Shown here piece after piece: positions 30,515 through 40,127 of a DNA stretch of 64,000 bases. The notes beneath the pieces were generated by a model. That model was not told the origin of the DNA and made no database searches. It saw nothing but the letters and a program-made list of their open reading frames with translations. A program made the translations under genes and the position numbers. Source of the DNA: Longimicrobiales bacterium (lineage in GTDB: Bacteria > Gemmatimonadota > Gemmatimonadetes > Longimicrobiales > Gaopeijiaceae). Numbering within the stretch: position 1 is the stretch's first letter; the number at the start of each line of letters is the position of its first letter. The stretch covers positions 384,001 to 448,000 of the forward strand of contig CBDBCF010000001.1 of assembly GCA_965202985.1 (NCBI GenBank), in the 5' to 3' direction.

Positions 30515-31405
30515 CTAGCTCGGACGGTGGAATCGGCCGACGAGCTTGGGGGCGCCGTCGGGTCCAAGCGCTTCCGCCACCTTGGACGACCCGGTTGAGC
30601 CGTCGGACGCCTCTCGACCGACCAGCCGCACGGGCTGGTTCGCGAAGATCGGGGCCGTGGCGCGGTACTCGAAGCTTTCGGCAGCCCCCCACCGGCGCTC
30701 GGCGGCGTCCAAGAGCGCAAGCACGGTCAGCGGCGCGTGGACGAGCAGGCCGGGATAGCCCTCCGCCTCCGCGTAGGGACGGTCGTAGTGGATGCGGTGG
30801 GCGTTGTAGGTGAGCGCGGAGAAACGGAACAGGGCGACTTCGGTCGGCAGGAAGGTCTCGGCCCAAGCTGGTCGCGCGCGGTTCTGGTCCGGAGTGGGCC
30901 GGTTCTGGTCGAACGCGCGCCGGCGTGGCGGCCGAACAGCCCCCTCCTCGGCGCTCCGCGCATCTGCACAAGGCTCCCGTGCCTCCCTATAGGCGATCAC
31001 CTGTTCTTCCTCCACGCACCGGCGACCCTCTTGGCGCAGTTCGCAGCGCACCTTCGCGAACGCCAAGCGACCACTCCGGCCGGTCTTCTCGACCACGCCG
31101 GCTACGCGCGACCGCAGCTCCGCAGGTTCGCCGACGATCACCGGGCGCATCGCGTGCAGCGAGCCGCTGGCCCACATGCGCCGGGGCAGATCGCCCGTCG
31201 GCATGAACGCGCCCCTGGCTTCGTGGCCGTCGGGTCCAAGGCTGGACGCCGGCAACGGGTCTCGGAAATAGAGCCAGTGCCAGCCCAGGGGCAGGGGGTC
31301 TCCGCGCGAGACGGCGTTCGGGTCTTGATCCAGCAGGCCGCGCATGGCGCGCACCGGCCAGGGGTCGATCACGTCCGCACAAACGCGGGCGGGCCGAGCG
31401 CTCAC
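30515..31405 (-). CDS. Double hot-dog (MaoC/FAS1-like) acyl-CoA hydratase, itaconyl-/mesaconyl-CoA hydratase-like
   Basis: 'LPLGWHWLYF', 'LGPDGH', 'PRRMWASG', 'LFRFSALTYNAHRIHYD', 'GLLVHAPL'. Confidence 0.85.
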   Translation of the reverse strand: MSARPARVCADVIDPWPVRAMRGLLDQDPNAVSRGDPLPLGWHWLYFRDPLPASSLGPDGHEARGAFMPTGDLPRRMWASGSLHAMRPVIVGEPAELRSRVAGVVEKTGRSGRLAFAKVRCELRQEGRRCVEEEQVIAYREAREPCADARSAEEGAVRPPRRRAFDQNRPTPDQNRARPAWAETFLPTEVALFRFSALTYNAHRIHYDRPYAEAEGYPGLLVHAPLTVLALLDAAERRWGAAESFEYRATAPIFANQPVRLVGREASDGSTGSSKVAEALGPDGAPKLVGRFHRPS

Positions 31406-32466
31406 GAGGGGGCGGGGTCCGGTTCGACCCCTGCTTCGCCCAAGGCTTCGTCGGCTTCACCGGCGCTGGCCAGCACCCTGCGGGCCGCTTCCACGACGGG
31501 CCGGTCCACCATCTTGCCGTCGAGCGCCACGGGTCCACCGGCGGCCCTCCGATCCGCCTCCATCACCCGCCGAGCGGCGGCCACGGCGTCGTCGGAGGGG
31601 GCAAAGACGTCGTGGATCACAGAGAGTTGGGCGGGGTGGACCACCGTCTTGCCGCAGAAGCCCAGCCGCCGGGCCCGGACGGCCTCGTCCCGAAGGGCAG
31701 CCATGTCGCCGTGTATCTCGCGCGAGGGCATGTCGAAGGCTGGCACGCCCGCCAGGGCGGCGGCGTGGACGACCCGGGAGCGGGCGTAGAGCAGCGACTC
31801 CCAGCCGGGCTCCGCGCCCAGCTCCAGCGATAGGTCGAAGCCGCCGAAGACGAGGCCCGCCACGGCGGCGCCGCCGCTCGAACCGCCGACGGGGCCAAGG
31901 CAGGCGCCCGCGATCGCCGCCGCGTGCTCGAGGCCGCTCACCGTCTCGATCATGGGAAGCAGGGCGACGCCGTCGGAAAGCATTGACGCTGCCTCTCGCA
32001 GCCCGCGGGCCACGCGCACCTTGGGAATCACAACCGCGTCGATCCGCGGTTCGTCGGCTGCCGCTCGGTCGGCGGTCCGAATCGCGGGAGACCTCTCCCG
32101 TGCCCGCCCAAGCTCGGAGAGCAGCTCCGCGTCAAGTCGCCCTTCCGCAGAGGCAGGATCGTTGATGCGGACGACCCGCAACGGCCGCCTTCGTTCGCAA
32201 TCGTCGTCGCGGTCCATGCCCGCAACGCGTTCCATGCCCCCCGCACCGCCCGCCCACTTGGCAAACAGCACGTGCAGCCCCTCCCGCCCGGCATCCTTGC
32301 GTCCAGAGGCCACGGCGTCTTCGAGGTCGATGCACACGGCGTCCGCCGCGCTGGCCAGAGCCTTCGCACACCGGTCGGGGCGGTCCGCCGGCACAAAGAG
32401 GATCGAGCGACAGCCGACGAATCGGGCTGCCACGTCCGGCCGACGTTCGGGCGGAGTCATTTCCAC
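31402..32466 (-). CDS. CitE/HpcH-family CoA-ester lyase (citramalyl-/malyl-CoA lyase-like)
   Basis: 'RSILFVPADRP', 'IDLEDAV', 'VVRIN', 'IPKV', 'PMIET', 'FGGFDL', 'GKTVVHP', 'DGKMVD.P'. Confidence 0.88.
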   Translation of the reverse strand: MEMTPPERRPDVAARFVGCRSILFVPADRPDRCAKALASAADAVCIDLEDAVASGRKDAGREGLHVLFAKWAGGAGGMERVAGMDRDDDCERRRPLRVVRINDPASAEGRLDAELLSELGRARERSPAIRTADRAAADEPRIDAVVIPKVRVARGLREAASMLSDGVALLPMIETVSGLEHAAAIAGACLGPVGGSSGGAAVAGLVFGGFDLSLELGAEPGWESLLYARSRVVHAAALAGVPAFDMPSREIHGDMAALRDEAVRARRLGFCGKTVVHPAQLSVIHDVFAPSDDAVAAARRVMEADRRAAGGPVALDGKMVDRPVVEAARRVLASAGEADEALGEAGVEPDPAPS

Positions 32467-32487
32467 AAGACGGCCACGTCGATCGCG

Positions 32488-33687
32488 TCAGAACGACCGG
32501 GGAAGCCCCAGCACATGCTGCGCGACATGGGCCAGCACAAGGTTGTTCGCGACCGGCGCCACCAAGTAGAGGCGCGCTTCCCGGAACTTGCGCTCGATAC
32601 CGTACTCGGTGGCCATGCCCCAGCCGCCAAAGGCGTCCATCGCCGCGTTCCCCGCCTTCCAGGCCGCCCGCGACGCCAAGTACTTGGCCATGTTGGCCTC
32701 AGCGCCCGGGGAACCGCCGGCGTCGTAAAGCTGCGCGGCTTGGTCCCGCACGGTCGCTGCCGCGCGCACGTGCATATAGGCGTCGGCTACGGGAAACTGC
32801 ACGCCTTGGTTCTGCCCGATGGGGCGGCCGAACACCTGCCGGTCGCGGGCGTAGTCGGCGGCGCGGTCCACAAAGTACAAGCCGTCGCCAACGGACTCGG
32901 AGGCCAGCAGGATGCGCTCCGCGTTCATCCCCGAAAGGATGTACTTGAAGCCTTGGCCCTCCTCGCCGATGCGGTTCTCGACGGGCACTTCCAGGTCGTC
33001 GAAGAAGACTTCGCTGGTGTCGTGGTTGATCATCGTGGTGACGGGCTTCGTCCGCACCGCGTCGCCGGCCTCGCGCAGGTCGACCAGAAAAACCGACAGG
33101 CCGTCCGCGCGCCTCGTTGTCGGGGAGGCGGGCGCAGTGCGCGCGAGCAGCATCATCAGGTCCGAGTGCGCCACCCGCGAGATGAAGACCTTCTGCCCGT
33201 TCACGACGTATCGGTCGCCCTTGCGCTCCGCGAAGGTACGGATGCTGGCTGTGTCGGAGCCGGCGTCGGGCTCCGTGACCGCGAACGCCTGCAGGCGCAA
33301 CTCGCCCGACGCGACCTTCGGCAGGAAGCGCACCTTCTGCTCGACGCTGCCGTGGCGCAGCAGCGTCCCCATCGTGTACATCTGGGCGTGGCACGCCGCC
33401 GCGTTGGCGCCGGACCGGTTGATCTCCTCCAGGATCACGCACGCCTCCGCCAGTCCCAGTCCCGCGCCGCCGTACGCTTCCGGGATCAGGCACGCCAAGT
33501 AGCCCGCCTCGGTCAGTGCGGCGACGAACGCCTCCGGGTAGGCCCGCGCCTCGTCGGCCTCGCGCCAGTAGTCGTTTCCGAAGCGCGAACAAAGGTCGCG
33601 AACCGCCGCGGCGAGCTCATCCGCCTGGGGACCATGTCGGGCGACCGGCGGGACCCCCGTGCGATCGCCGATTCCGGCCGGGTTCAC
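32488..33687 (-). CDS. Acyl-CoA dehydrogenase
   Basis: 'IPEAYGGAG', 'FAVTEPDAGSD', 'NGQKVFIS', 'NAERI', 'RQVFGRPIG', 'GGWG', 'REARL'. GTG 33687 overlaps the upstream stop. Confidence 0.92.
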   Translation of the reverse strand: MNPAGIGDRTGVPPVARHGPQADELAAAVRDLCSRFGNDYWREADEARAYPEAFVAALTEAGYLACLIPEAYGGAGLGLAEACVILEEINRSGANAAACHAQMYTMGTLLRHGSVEQKVRFLPKVASGELRLQAFAVTEPDAGSDTASIRTFAERKGDRYVVNGQKVFISRVAHSDLMMLLARTAPASPTTRRADGLSVFLVDLREAGDAVRTKPVTTMINHDTSEVFFDDLEVPVENRIGEEGQGFKYILSGMNAERILLASESVGDGLYFVDRAADYARDRQVFGRPIGQNQGVQFPVADAYMHVRAAATVRDQAAQLYDAGGSPGAEANMAKYLASRAAWKAGNAAMDAFGGWGMATEYGIERKFREARLYLVAPVANNLVLAHVAQHVLGLPRSF

Positions 33688-36629
33688 TGGCCTCGTCGGC
33701 CCGCCGGACTTGCGGCCTCCGCTGCGCGGATTACGGCCTGGACCTGCGCCGTCGGTCCGGCGCCCCAGCACGAGCGCCAGGGGTGGCTGACGCACGCCTT
33801 GCGGATGCGCTTGCCCAATTCGGTGCGCATGAAGCGCATGATCACAACGGCGTCGAAGACGGGAAGCTTGCGCTGGAAGTCCTCCAGAGGCTTCTGCCAG
33901 TTGGAGCCCCACCCGGTGTGAATGAAGGCGATCCGGACATGGGGATGGGTCTTTTGCAGCCGCTTGCGGACCAGCGGCTCCGCCCGCGCCTGCACTTCGT
34001 TGCCGCCGACGATCAGCACCTTCACCTCGGGCTTCGGGCCCTGGTCGTCCTCCGCCTCGGCCTGCGCCGACTCGGCAACGAGAGCGTCGTAGCGGTCCTC
34101 CATGTCCTTGTAGTTGGACGGGTCGATCCCGAACTGCTTGATCTTCTCAAGTATGCCTTGCGCGTCGTGGAGTCCGGCGTCGGTTCCCAGGCTGGCGTAC
34201 CCGTGGAAGTAGTCGCGAAGGACCTCCGTGGCTTCTGCGTAGCGGCCCTGGGACTCGTGACTGTGGGCCAGCGCCATCGCCGCGTCTTCGCGAGACCAAG
34301 CGGGCTCGTAGCGGGCGGGGTCGGACAGCAACGCCTCGAACGCCTTGGCGCCCGCCTTCCGCTGAGCCAGCGCCTCGAGGTCGTCGAGCAAGTCCGCCGC
34401 GGCTTCGTGGTTGCCGGCAGCGACGTGGCCGCGAAGGGCAGCTCGCAGGTCGGCGGCAGCCAAGTCGCCTGGCCGATCCTCTCTCCGCCCCCTGTCCTGA
34501 AGCGCCCGGACCGCCGAAGTGCAGTGCTCGAGCACGGACTTGCTTCGGGCGGCGATGTCCAGGATCGAATCGTCCTTGGCCTCGACGACCGCATCGTACA
34601 CCAGACGCCGGTTGGCTTGGTCGGCAAGCTCCATCGCCTCTGCCAGCGGGCGGAAGAGGTAGGGCGGAAGCGTGGCGCCGGCCTTCATGCCCTGGACCAT
34701 GATCTCGGGCCCTCGGGCGAGCCCCGCGCGCGACAGGGCGCCGATGTTGGCGATTCCGAAGTAGAGGTCGGCGGGAGGGCACATCTTCGCGTACCGCTCG
34801 CGGCGGCTCAGGAAAACGGAGCGAGCCTTCGCGAGATGCTCCACGGCTTCCTTGTATTCGTCTCCATCCAGGGCGTCCGCCCCTTCGGCGGCAGCGCGTC
34901 CGATCGCAAGTACGCCGAGACAGTAGTGGGCGTGACAGGCCTCCTCGACGTCATCGGCCACTGCGCTGCGAAAGTTCTCCTCGCCGAGCGACAACTTCTC
35001 CACGATCGTCGCCAGGTCGTCTCGCGCAACGGGGAGCCGCACTTCCCACAGTGCGCCCATGCCGCTGGCCACAAGTCCCAGGTCGGCGTGAACGAGCGAC
35101 CTCATCTTCGCATCCGGACCCCGCTTCAACAGCGCTTGCAGGGCGGCCGCGGCGCCTTGGTGCTCGTTGAGCTGCCGAAGACATTGGGCCTGCCGACGAC
35201 GCGCCTCCAAGAACGCCGGCGCGCGGGCCGACGCGCCGTCCTTCTCCATGGCTTCGGCGGCCTTCACCAGCAGGTCGAGCACGGGGCGGGCCGGCACGGG
35301 GTCTTCCGCCCGCAGCCGCCCGATCGCCGCGTCCAAGAGCAGCTCGTAAAGGTCGAGGCGCCCCGACAGCGCGGGCGTATGCACGAAGCGTGCAAGCTCG
35401 TCCATGCGGCCTTCGTCGGTCAGAGCGCGCACCGTGGGCCCCAACGCTTCTGCGGACGCCAAGTCCGAACCGTCTCCCAGGCCACGGACCACGTTCCTGC
35501 CGTCGTATTCGCGCACGATGCTGGGCCACGCCCCCGTCCGCGCCCATCCTCGTATGGCGCCGGCCCAGTAGAAGCGCTGGCCGTCGCGGTCGAGGGCCAG
35601 CCCCTCTTCCACCGCCGTCGATTGGCCGAACACGGTGTCGCGAAACCCGGCGTGATAGTGGGAGAGCGGCCGCCGCCCGTTGAGCCGAACGAACTCCTCC
35701 ACGGCCTTGTCGACCTCTTCGCGGGACAGGGCGCCGGACATGTCCTGCGCGGTGTCCAGGATCGCCTGGGTCAGCAAGCGGTCGAGGGAGGTCATCGAGG
35801 CGGGGGGGCTGGAGGAGGGGGCGGAGTCGGCGTGGCCGTGCTGTTCTTGAGTCGGGGCGGCGGAAGGGGCTGGGGCGGCATCGCGGCTGGGCGCCGAGGC
35901 TTGGTCCGCGCCCGAGGCAAGAGCTTGATCCCCACCGGGCCGCGCACCGGCGCCGCCGTCTCCCACCGCGTCCCAGGCCTCTGCCTTGTTCGCGAGTCCT
36001 CGCGTCCAGCTTCGGAGATGGCTCGCGTCGAGCGCGCGCCGAAGGACCAGGACCAACAAGTAGAGGACTGCGTTGCGCACGCCGTACTCCCCCGCAAGCC
36101 GGTCGGCGGCGGCGTGAAGGTCGTCCTCTTGGGCGACGATAGGGGTGGTCGAATTGGCCAGCCCGTTTCGCGAATTCGCCCCCAGCAAGTCGTCGAAGCG
36201 GCCGACCATCGCCCTGCGACCCGTCAGGTGAAGCTGTTCCAGCAACGACGACACCAACTTGGCTTCGAGCGAAAACGCGGTCTTGAACTCTCCCGCCAGC
36301 CGCCCGTCGGGCCACCTGCGCACCGTCTCCGGCCTCACGCGTCTGGCAAGGGCGATCATGGAGACGAGGGCCTTCCGGTTCTTGCCCTTCCCCTCCAGGA
36401 CGTACCGCGCCGCCAGCGCTCGCTCGTCCGGCCGCAGCGCCTTCCACAGACCGCTGGCCGTCAGTCGGTCCGGGTCCTCGGTCATCCGCCCCAGCATCGG
36501 CTCCACTCCCAACAGTTCCAGTCCTTCCGCCGTCATCTCGTTCTCCATTGCGTGAGCATTCGATTCCATCTGCGAAGGCGCTCCATCGAGTGCGGTGCCG
36601 CGACCGCCGCCATGTGCTTGATTGATCAC
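33684..36629 (-). CDS. Large hypothetical protein: helical/TPR-like core and C-terminal DUF2325-like alpha/beta domain
   Basis: 981-aa ORF with host-like codon use. C-terminus 'VLIVGG...DAVVIMRFM.TEL...RKAC'. Start uncertain (36629, 36569 or 36548). Confidence 0.7.
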   Translation of the reverse strand: MINQAHGGGRGTALDGAPSQMESNAHAMENEMTAEGLELLGVEPMLGRMTEDPDRLTASGLWKALRPDERALAARYVLEGKGKNRKALVSMIALARRVRPETVRRWPDGRLAGEFKTAFSLEAKLVSSLLEQLHLTGRRAMVGRFDDLLGANSRNGLANSTTPIVAQEDDLHAAADRLAGEYGVRNAVLYLLVLVLRRALDASHLRSWTRGLANKAEAWDAVGDGGAGARPGGDQALASGADQASAPSRDAAPAPSAAPTQEQHGHADSAPSSSPPASMTSLDRLLTQAILDTAQDMSGALSREEVDKAVEEFVRLNGRRPLSHYHAGFRDTVFGQSTAVEEGLALDRDGQRFYWAGAIRGWARTGAWPSIVREYDGRNVVRGLGDGSDLASAEALGPTVRALTDEGRMDELARFVHTPALSGRLDLYELLLDAAIGRLRAEDPVPARPVLDLLVKAAEAMEKDGASARAPAFLEARRRQAQCLRQLNEHQGAAAALQALLKRGPDAKMRSLVHADLGLVASGMGALWEVRLPVARDDLATIVEKLSLGEENFRSAVADDVEEACHAHYCLGVLAIGRAAAEGADALDGDEYKEAVEHLAKARSVFLSRRERYAKMCPPADLYFGIANIGALSRAGLARGPEIMVQGMKAGATLPPYLFRPLAEAMELADQANRRLVYDAVVEAKDDSILDIAARSKSVLEHCTSAVRALQDRGRREDRPGDLAAADLRAALRGHVAAGNHEAAADLLDDLEALAQRKAGAKAFEALLSDPARYEPAWSREDAAMALAHSHESQGRYAEATEVLRDYFHGYASLGTDAGLHDAQGILEKIKQFGIDPSNYKDMEDRYDALVAESAQAEAEDDQGPKPEVKVLIVGGNEVQARAEPLVRKRLQKTHPHVRIAFIHTGWGSNWQKPLEDFQRKLPVFDAVVIMRFMRTELGKRIRKACVSHPWRSCWGAGPTAQVQAVIRAAEAASPAGRRGQ

Positions 36630-36817
36630 CTGCCTCCGAGCATCCCGACGGCGATGCTATCAGGGGGTCCCCTGTCGGGCAACCGGCGTCTCGCGGTCCG
36701 TAGCCGCGCCAACTCGGTCGTCGCCTGGACGATCCGCACAAACAGTATCGTGGAGCCATACGTTCTCGTTTCTTTTCATTCACGGGATCCTGCGAGACTT
36801 GGCGGACGGAGACCTAG

Positions 36818-38346
36818 CAGTCCGTGGATAAACGGGTTTGGCGCGTGCGCGACGGAACTTGGCGGGACACGGGCGTTTACCGGGCTCTCGACGGCGCGAA
36901 CGCGCGGAATTCGCGGAATTGGGCTTGAAGCGGCCCCAAGAGGCGCTCGAGCGGCCCGAGAGCGGCCGATGGGCGGCAAAATCGGCGCAAAACGGAGGAG
37001 GAGGCGCCCGTTGCGCAGGAATCGAGCACAGCTTGCGCTGCGGCGGGGCGGCCCTGCAGGCCCCGAGGCGTGCCGACGCCGAAGCGCCTTCGCATGAGCA
37101 GTCCGAGGTTGAAGGCGGCGACGTGAATCAGCATCCGCTTGCGGATGTCCTCGTGGCCGCGAACGTGCACGCGGCGAAGCCCGCCCGTCTCCAGCAGGTG
37201 CGCGAACGAGCGCTCGAGCTTCTCGCCCCGCATCCTCAGCAGCGCCTTGCCGCGCTCGCCCCGAATCCGCCGCCGGTTCGCGTAGACCGGCTTCTGGGCT
37301 TCCTTGTTCTGCTTCCAGCTCCGCCGACCGCGCTCGGGCTCGCTCACGTAGCCGCGCAGCCCCCGGTCCTCCAACTCCGTCATCGTCCTGTTCGAGTGAT
37401 AGCCTTTGTCGCACACCACTTCCGCCGCCCCAGCACCCAGCTCCGCCAGCCGCCGCTCCGCCTCGTCCAGCGTCTCCGGCAGCGACGCCACGTCGCCCCC
37501 GTCCGTCGTCTGCACCGTCACGCCCACCACCGCGCCCGACTCCAGGTCCACCGCCTGCTCCAGCTTGTGACCCAGGCGCGTGCGCCCGTCCTTCATCTTC
37601 GTGATCCGCGCCTCCGGGTCCCCCGGATGCACCCACTCCGCGTTCGACCCCTTCTTCGGACGCTTCCGGTCCAGCTTCGCCAACTCCGCGCGCGTCGGCG
37701 TCTCGATCCCCGACGACCGCGCCAGCTCCCGCAGCCACGCCTCGTAGCCCGTGCCCGCGTCCCGACGCACGATCGAGCGCATCGCCGCGTTCGCCTCCAA
37801 AGTCGTCGAGTCCACGCCCAGCGTCCCGCCCCCCAGCAGCCCCGAGTCGTCCACCAGCCGCAGCACGCGCGCGAACACCGCGACGTGCGCCTCCACGCTC
37901 AGCCGCTTGCGCGTCTTCGACAGGCTCGAATGGTCCGGCGGGTTCCTCGTCAGCTCGTACCCCAGGAACGCCCGCACCGAAAACGAGTCCCTGCAACGCC
38001 AGGCGATGCCCCGCTCCGACGAGATGCCCTCCAAGTACCCCACCATCAGCGCCCGGAAGTACACACTCGGAGGAACTCCCGGCCGGCCCACGTTGCCCGC
38101 GTAGAACTCGGCGCACACCTCCTCCGCGAACTCGTCGAAGCCGTCCTCCCGCAACAGCTTGTCCAGCGCGCGGTAGAACGGGTGCTCGGTCACGCTGATC
38201 TCGCTGGTCGCCACGAACAGCGCCTCCTGGCGCACGCTCGGACGCTTGCCCAACGCCATCGCCGTCCTCCTTCCAGGGAATCGTCGCCTCCCTCCAATCT
38301 AACCCCTATCCCCAACGCCGCCCGGAAGGACTTTATCCACGGGCTT
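36818..38346 (-). mobile_element. IS1182/IS5-like insertion sequence with CTAG target duplication
   Basis: TIRs CAGTCCGTGGATAAA / TTTATCCACGGGCTT; CTAG at 36814-36817 and 38347-38350. Confidence 0.88.
36877..38259 (-). CDS. DDE transposase (IS1182-like)
   Basis: 'GRPGVPP', 'SERGIAW', 'PDHSSLS', 'VDSTTLEANA', 'DKGY', 'ERSFAHL'. Confidence 0.9.
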   Translation of the reverse strand: MALGKRPSVRQEALFVATSEISVTEHPFYRALDKLLREDGFDEFAEEVCAEFYAGNVGRPGVPPSVYFRALMVGYLEGISSERGIAWRCRDSFSVRAFLGYELTRNPPDHSSLSKTRKRLSVEAHVAVFARVLRLVDDSGLLGGGTLGVDSTTLEANAAMRSIVRRDAGTGYEAWLRELARSSGIETPTRAELAKLDRKRPKKGSNAEWVHPGDPEARITKMKDGRTRLGHKLEQAVDLESGAVVGVTVQTTDGGDVASLPETLDEAERRLAELGAGAAEVVCDKGYHSNRTMTELEDRGLRGYVSEPERGRRSWKQNKEAQKPVYANRRRIRGERGKALLRMRGEKLERSFAHLLETGGLRRVHVRGHEDIRKRMLIHVAAFNLGLLMRRRFGVGTPRGLQGRPAAAQAVLDSCATGASSSVLRRFCRPSAALGPLERLLGPLQAQFREFRAFAPSRAR

Positions 38347-38383
38347 CTAGGGCTTGATCATCGGCGTTCTCATAATCGCCATT

Positions 38384-38733
38384 CTATCGCTTCACAAGTC
38401 TTCCCAAGTAGATGTCTAGTATCGCTCGCGGACTAATCCTTTCTTGTCCGCGTCCATCCTCGGTTGGATCTGTGTCTGCTTCCGGTTCTATGCCTGCGTT
38501 CCGTAAGTCTCTAAGTCTGTCGTCATCAACATCACTACCAGAATAATATCTGTATCCCATCGGAAAAAAGATGTTGAGAAAATTCGTCATAATATCACTG
38601 GCCGTACCGGCCTTACTGATCATCGCACTGACTTGGCCATGAAAGATATCTTCCTCGCCTGGCTGAGGGCTTCTAGTAAGGCTATCGACAGCAGCGCGCA
38701 ACGCAACAAATGCATCAGGAAGAAAAATTCGAA
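38384..38733 (-). pseudogene. 3' remnant of a low-GC gene truncated by ISL3 copy A
   Basis: About 115 open codons ending at stop 38384, abutting the IS end; family not recognised. Confidence 0.5.
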
Positions 38734-40127
38734 GGCGCTTCCCCATATGGTGTGGGCTGTGTAGGATCAAGGGGCGACATGGACCATGAACCGAGGAGGC
38801 GAGGATGGAGATGCGGAAGTGGGTGGAGAGCTTGATGGCGTTGGGGCCGGGCTGGGAGGTGAAGGGGGTCGAGGAGGACCCGGTGCTGATGGAGGCGCGG
38901 GTGCGCGTGGCGAGGCGGACGGGCGAGCCGTTGACGTGTCCCGAGTGCGGCCGGCCGTGTCCGGGATACGACGCTCGGGAGCGGGAGTGGCGGCACCTGG
39001 ACGCTTGGGGCTACAAGACGTTCGTGGTCTGCGACCTGCCTCGGGTCGAGTGTCCGGAGCACGGGGTGCGGACGGCATCGATGCCCTGGGCGGCGGACAA
39101 GTCGAGGTACACGGCGGCGTTCGAGGAGGAGGTGACGGCGTGGCTCGGCGAGGCCAGCATCCTGGGGGTGTCGAAGCGCATGAGGATGAGCTGGAACGCT
39201 GTGAGCGGCATCATGGAGCGGGCGGTGCGCCGGGGGCTCGAGCGCCGGAAGGCGGAGCCGGTCCGGCGGCTGGCGGTGGACGAGACGTCGGTCAAGCGCG
39301 GACACCGGTACGCGACGATCGTGTCGGACACGGACACGGGGCGCGTGCTGCACGTGGCGAAGGGTCGGACCCGAGAGTCGCTGGCGCAGTTCTACCGGAG
39401 CAGGGACGGCGGCTGGCTGGCCGGGTTGGAGAGCGTGTCGATGGACATGTGGGGTCCCTACGTGGCGGCGACGGGGGAGTGGGTGCCGGGCGCGGAGCTG
39501 AAGACGGCGTTCGACCGCTTCCACGTGGCCAAGCACCTGGCGGACGCGGTGGACAAGGTGCGGCGCGCCGAGCACCGCGAGCTGCTGGCGCAGGGCAGCG
39601 CCGTGCTCGCGAGGACGCGCTACCGGTGGCTGACTGGACGCGGCAAGATGAGTCACGCCGAGAAGCTGGCGTTCGCGGCGCTGCGCAAGAACGTGGACCG
39701 GACCGCCCGCGCCTGGGCGGTGAAGGAGGCGGCATCGAAGCTGTGGGACTACAAGCTCCGGGGCTCGGCCGAGAACGCCTGGCTGCACTGGCTGCAATGG
39801 GCGTCGGGCTGCGGGCTCGCGCCCGTTCACAAGGTCGCCGAGATGGTCGGCGCCCACCTGTGGGGCATACTCAACGCCGTCGTGCTGCGAGCGACCAACG
39901 GCCCGGCCGAGAGCATCAACAGCAGGATCCAGATGGTCAAGGCCCGCAGCCGCGGCTTCCGCAACTACGACCGCTTCGTCACCGCCATCCTCTTCCACCT
40001 CGGCGGCCTCGACCTCTCGCCCCGCACCGCCCGCCGGTGACCCCGTAGACCCCTCGTCCCGCCTTCCTCGACAAGCGATGCTCAGCACCCTGCCCAACCG
40101 CGAACCCACTAGGTTAAGCGAAGAGCC
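38734..40127 (+). mobile_element. ISL3-family element, copy A (no target duplication)
   Basis: Ends GGCGCTTCCCC... / ...GCGAAGAGCC; flanks AATTCGAA vs AAATCCTT do not match. Confidence 0.92.
38805..40040 (+). CDS. ISL3 transposase
   Basis: zf-ISL3 'CPECG..CPEHG', 'AVDET', 'SMDMW', 'DRFHV', 'TNGPAESINSRI', 'RGFRN'. Confidence 0.94.
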   Translation: MEMRKWVESLMALGPGWEVKGVEEDPVLMEARVRVARRTGEPLTCPECGRPCPGYDAREREWRHLDAWGYKTFVVCDLPRVECPEHGVRTASMPWAADKSRYTAAFEEEVTAWLGEASILGVSKRMRMSWNAVSGIMERAVRRGLERRKAEPVRRLAVDETSVKRGHRYATIVSDTDTGRVLHVAKGRTRESLAQFYRSRDGGWLAGLESVSMDMWGPYVAATGEWVPGAELKTAFDRFHVAKHLADAVDKVRRAEHRELLAQGSAVLARTRYRWLTGRGKMSHAEKLAFAALRKNVDRTARAWAVKEAASKLWDYKLRGSAENAWLHWLQWASGCGLAPVHKVAEMVGAHLWGILNAVVLRATNGPAESINSRIQMVKARSRGFRNYDRFVTAILFHLGGLDLSPRTARR

